NCBI RefSeq assembly: GCF_052425735.1
Contig: NC_135771.1
Span: 24,428,001 to 24,492,000, forward strand
Length of the DNA: 64,000 bases
Direction: 5' to 3'
Source of the DNA: Oculina patagonica
Lineage: Eukaryota
Shown here: in pieces, positions 62,360 to 64,000 of the stretch
Layout of the letters: every line of letters begins with the position of its first letter
How positions within the stretch are numbered: position 1 is the stretch's first letter
Notes under the pieces: generated by a model
Told to the model about the DNA's origin: nothing
The model's database searches: none
What the model saw: only the letters and a program-made list of their open reading frames with translations
Program-made: the position numbers and the translations under genes

Positions 62360-63379
62360 TTAGGGTTTGTTTTTCTTAAAAGACACTTGTAGACGTGTAT
62401 TATGTTGCTGAACAAAATATCCATTCAAGTTCATTACAGCTTTTAAAGCTTCATCGTATCTAACCATGTTGACAAATCCATACCCTGTACCTTTCTTGGC
62501 ACAAATTGACATTATAGCTCCATGAGGAGCAAACAGTTTGTATAAAAGCAGCTCATTTTCTGCCTCCTCGACTGTAGAGGGCAGGCCATATATAAATAAA
62601 CAGTGTTGATTTGGCGGAGAATTTAGATGTAAAGAGGTCAGAAGATTCGGATCGCTTGGATGATGTGCGTTGAAATTTGGAGCATTACGAGCAAATCCGG
62701 CAGCTCCTAGAGGCGAAAAGCGATTGTTGGCGGTTTCGTGATGAATAGGACCCACTCCTCCAAGATTTAACGCTGGCCTCAAAAGTTCGTTTGCAGCTGA
62801 CGGAGTTTGCATTAGTTGTTGTGATTGTGGTCCTTTCGGAGGATTTGCAAATTTCACTGAAAGAGTTGAACCTGGAGCTAAACTCACGCCATTTAGAGCA
62901 TCAATAGCAGCTTGGGCTTGAGCGCGTTTATCAAAACGAATAAATCCTACACCGCGACTTTCACCGTTTTCCAACATCAAAATCTTTGAAGAGATGATAG
63001 ATCCATACACTCCAAACCATGTTTTAAGATCGTTTTCGGTGACAGCTTTAGGTAACCCACTGATGTACAAATTCGCGTTTTTGATTTCATCCGAAGACGG
63101 CCGAGCGTAGCTCACTCGTATCTTCTTGCTGCTAAGCTGCTGTCCGTCAAATTTTTCAATGGCTCTAGCAGCTTCTTCCTCACGACTGTAGTTCACAAAA
63201 GCATAGCCAAGACTTATACCCGAGGACTTGTCTCGCATAAGTTTACAACCGACAATCGATCCACACGATCCAAACATGTTCTGGAGAAAAGTTTCCGTGA
63301 TATCTGCTGGGATGTAGTTGACGATGACATTTTTTCTTTCTTTTCCGTCGCTATCGCCGTTCAGCGGTGTGTCAACCAT
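62360..63379 (-). CDS. ELAV/Hu-family RNA-binding protein (3 RRMs), intronless CDS, 339 aa
   Basis: RRM1 NVIVNYIP..SLGYAFVNY..KKIRVSYARPSS; RRM2 ANLYISGLP..SRGVGFIRFD..VKFAN; hinge GP.HH...RFSP; RRM3 CLFIYGL..GYGFVNM...LNGY....LQVSFK. Confidence 0.93.
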   Translation of the reverse strand: MVDTPLNGDSDGKERKNVIVNYIPADITETFLQNMFGSCGSIVGCKLMRDKSSGISLGYAFVNYSREEEAARAIEKFDGQQLSSKKIRVSYARPSSDEIKNANLYISGLPKAVTENDLKTWFGVYGSIISSKILMLENGESRGVGFIRFDKRAQAQAAIDALNGVSLAPGSTLSVKFANPPKGPQSQQLMQTPSAANELLRPALNLGGVGPIHHETANNRFSPLGAAGFARNAPNFNAHHPSDPNLLTSLHLNSPPNQHCLFIYGLPSTVEEAENELLLYKLFAPHGAIMSICAKKGTGYGFVNMVRYDEALKAVMNLNGYFVQQHNTRLQVSFKKNKP

Positions 63380-64000
63380 CTTTTACGATACCAAAAGGCT
63401 AGGGACAACCCCAAAAAACCACAAAAAATTGAAGAAAATCTACAACCTTAACTCTTTCCTTGTCGAGTTTTCACCGACGCTTTGCTTTGAGCACATGTTC
63501 ATGCCCAGTCCTAACCGGTCGTTTTCAAAGTAGGCATGCAAGGTGTGCTAAGAATCCGCTGTTTTCAGCGTTTTCAAATAAAACAAATGAACTAAGACTT
63601 GCGGTGTTTTTCAAGTCAACAGTAAAATAAGAGGTGCCAAAAGTAAGGGTAGTCAAGGTGCTGTGTTTCCTTAAGGGGAAAGGGGAGGGAGGGCAAAGAT
63701 GAACAATTTACAGTTCTGGGAAATCTCCATACCCAACTTACCATCACGGAATTTTAAGTGGGCGTCCGTGTAAGAACCGACCACTCGATTTTCGGCCCAG
63801 AACAGAATTCCTTCAAATTTTCTGTTCAAGACAATTGATCCATATGATAAACAAAAATAGCAATATTTTGGCTTGTAGTGTTATTTGTCAATATTTTTGG
63901 CGATGATTGCTGAGAACGGTCAAAAACCGAAAAAATCATCCTGTTTCGAGTCAAATTTAGGCGTCGCGCTCAACGCGCTGAAAAATTACTCTTTAACTCA

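Overview
AT-rich, intron-containing animal genomic DNA. The dense TIR-MITE and SINE content and the gene sequences suggest a cnidarian, probably a stony coral (inference). I assembled these genes by hand from GT-AG, phase-consistent exons: NIM1K kinase (-), a complete 17-exon DYNC2LI1 (-) head-to-head with an apparently frameshifted RWDD3 (+), a 13-exon CCDC159-like coiled-coil gene with 5' micro-exons (-) head-to-head with a 12-exon UGCG (+), three single-exon Tctex1-domain dynein light chain paralogues, and an intronless ELAV/Hu gene (-). A possible gene 5' end runs off the left edge. Introns and intergenic DNA hold many palindromic MITEs, tRNA-derived SINEs, a (GACT)n microsatellite and one N-gap. 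Most notable: (i) minimal hammerhead-ribozyme motifs of the Penelope/retrozyme type in DYNC2LI1 introns, one at the centre of a palindromic insert flanked by a 12-bp direct repeat; (ii) a cilia/dynein-enriched neighbourhood with RFX X-box motifs, including at NIM1K; (iii) small TIR elements with unusual 6-7-bp target duplications. All identifications come from recalled family features, not database searches.
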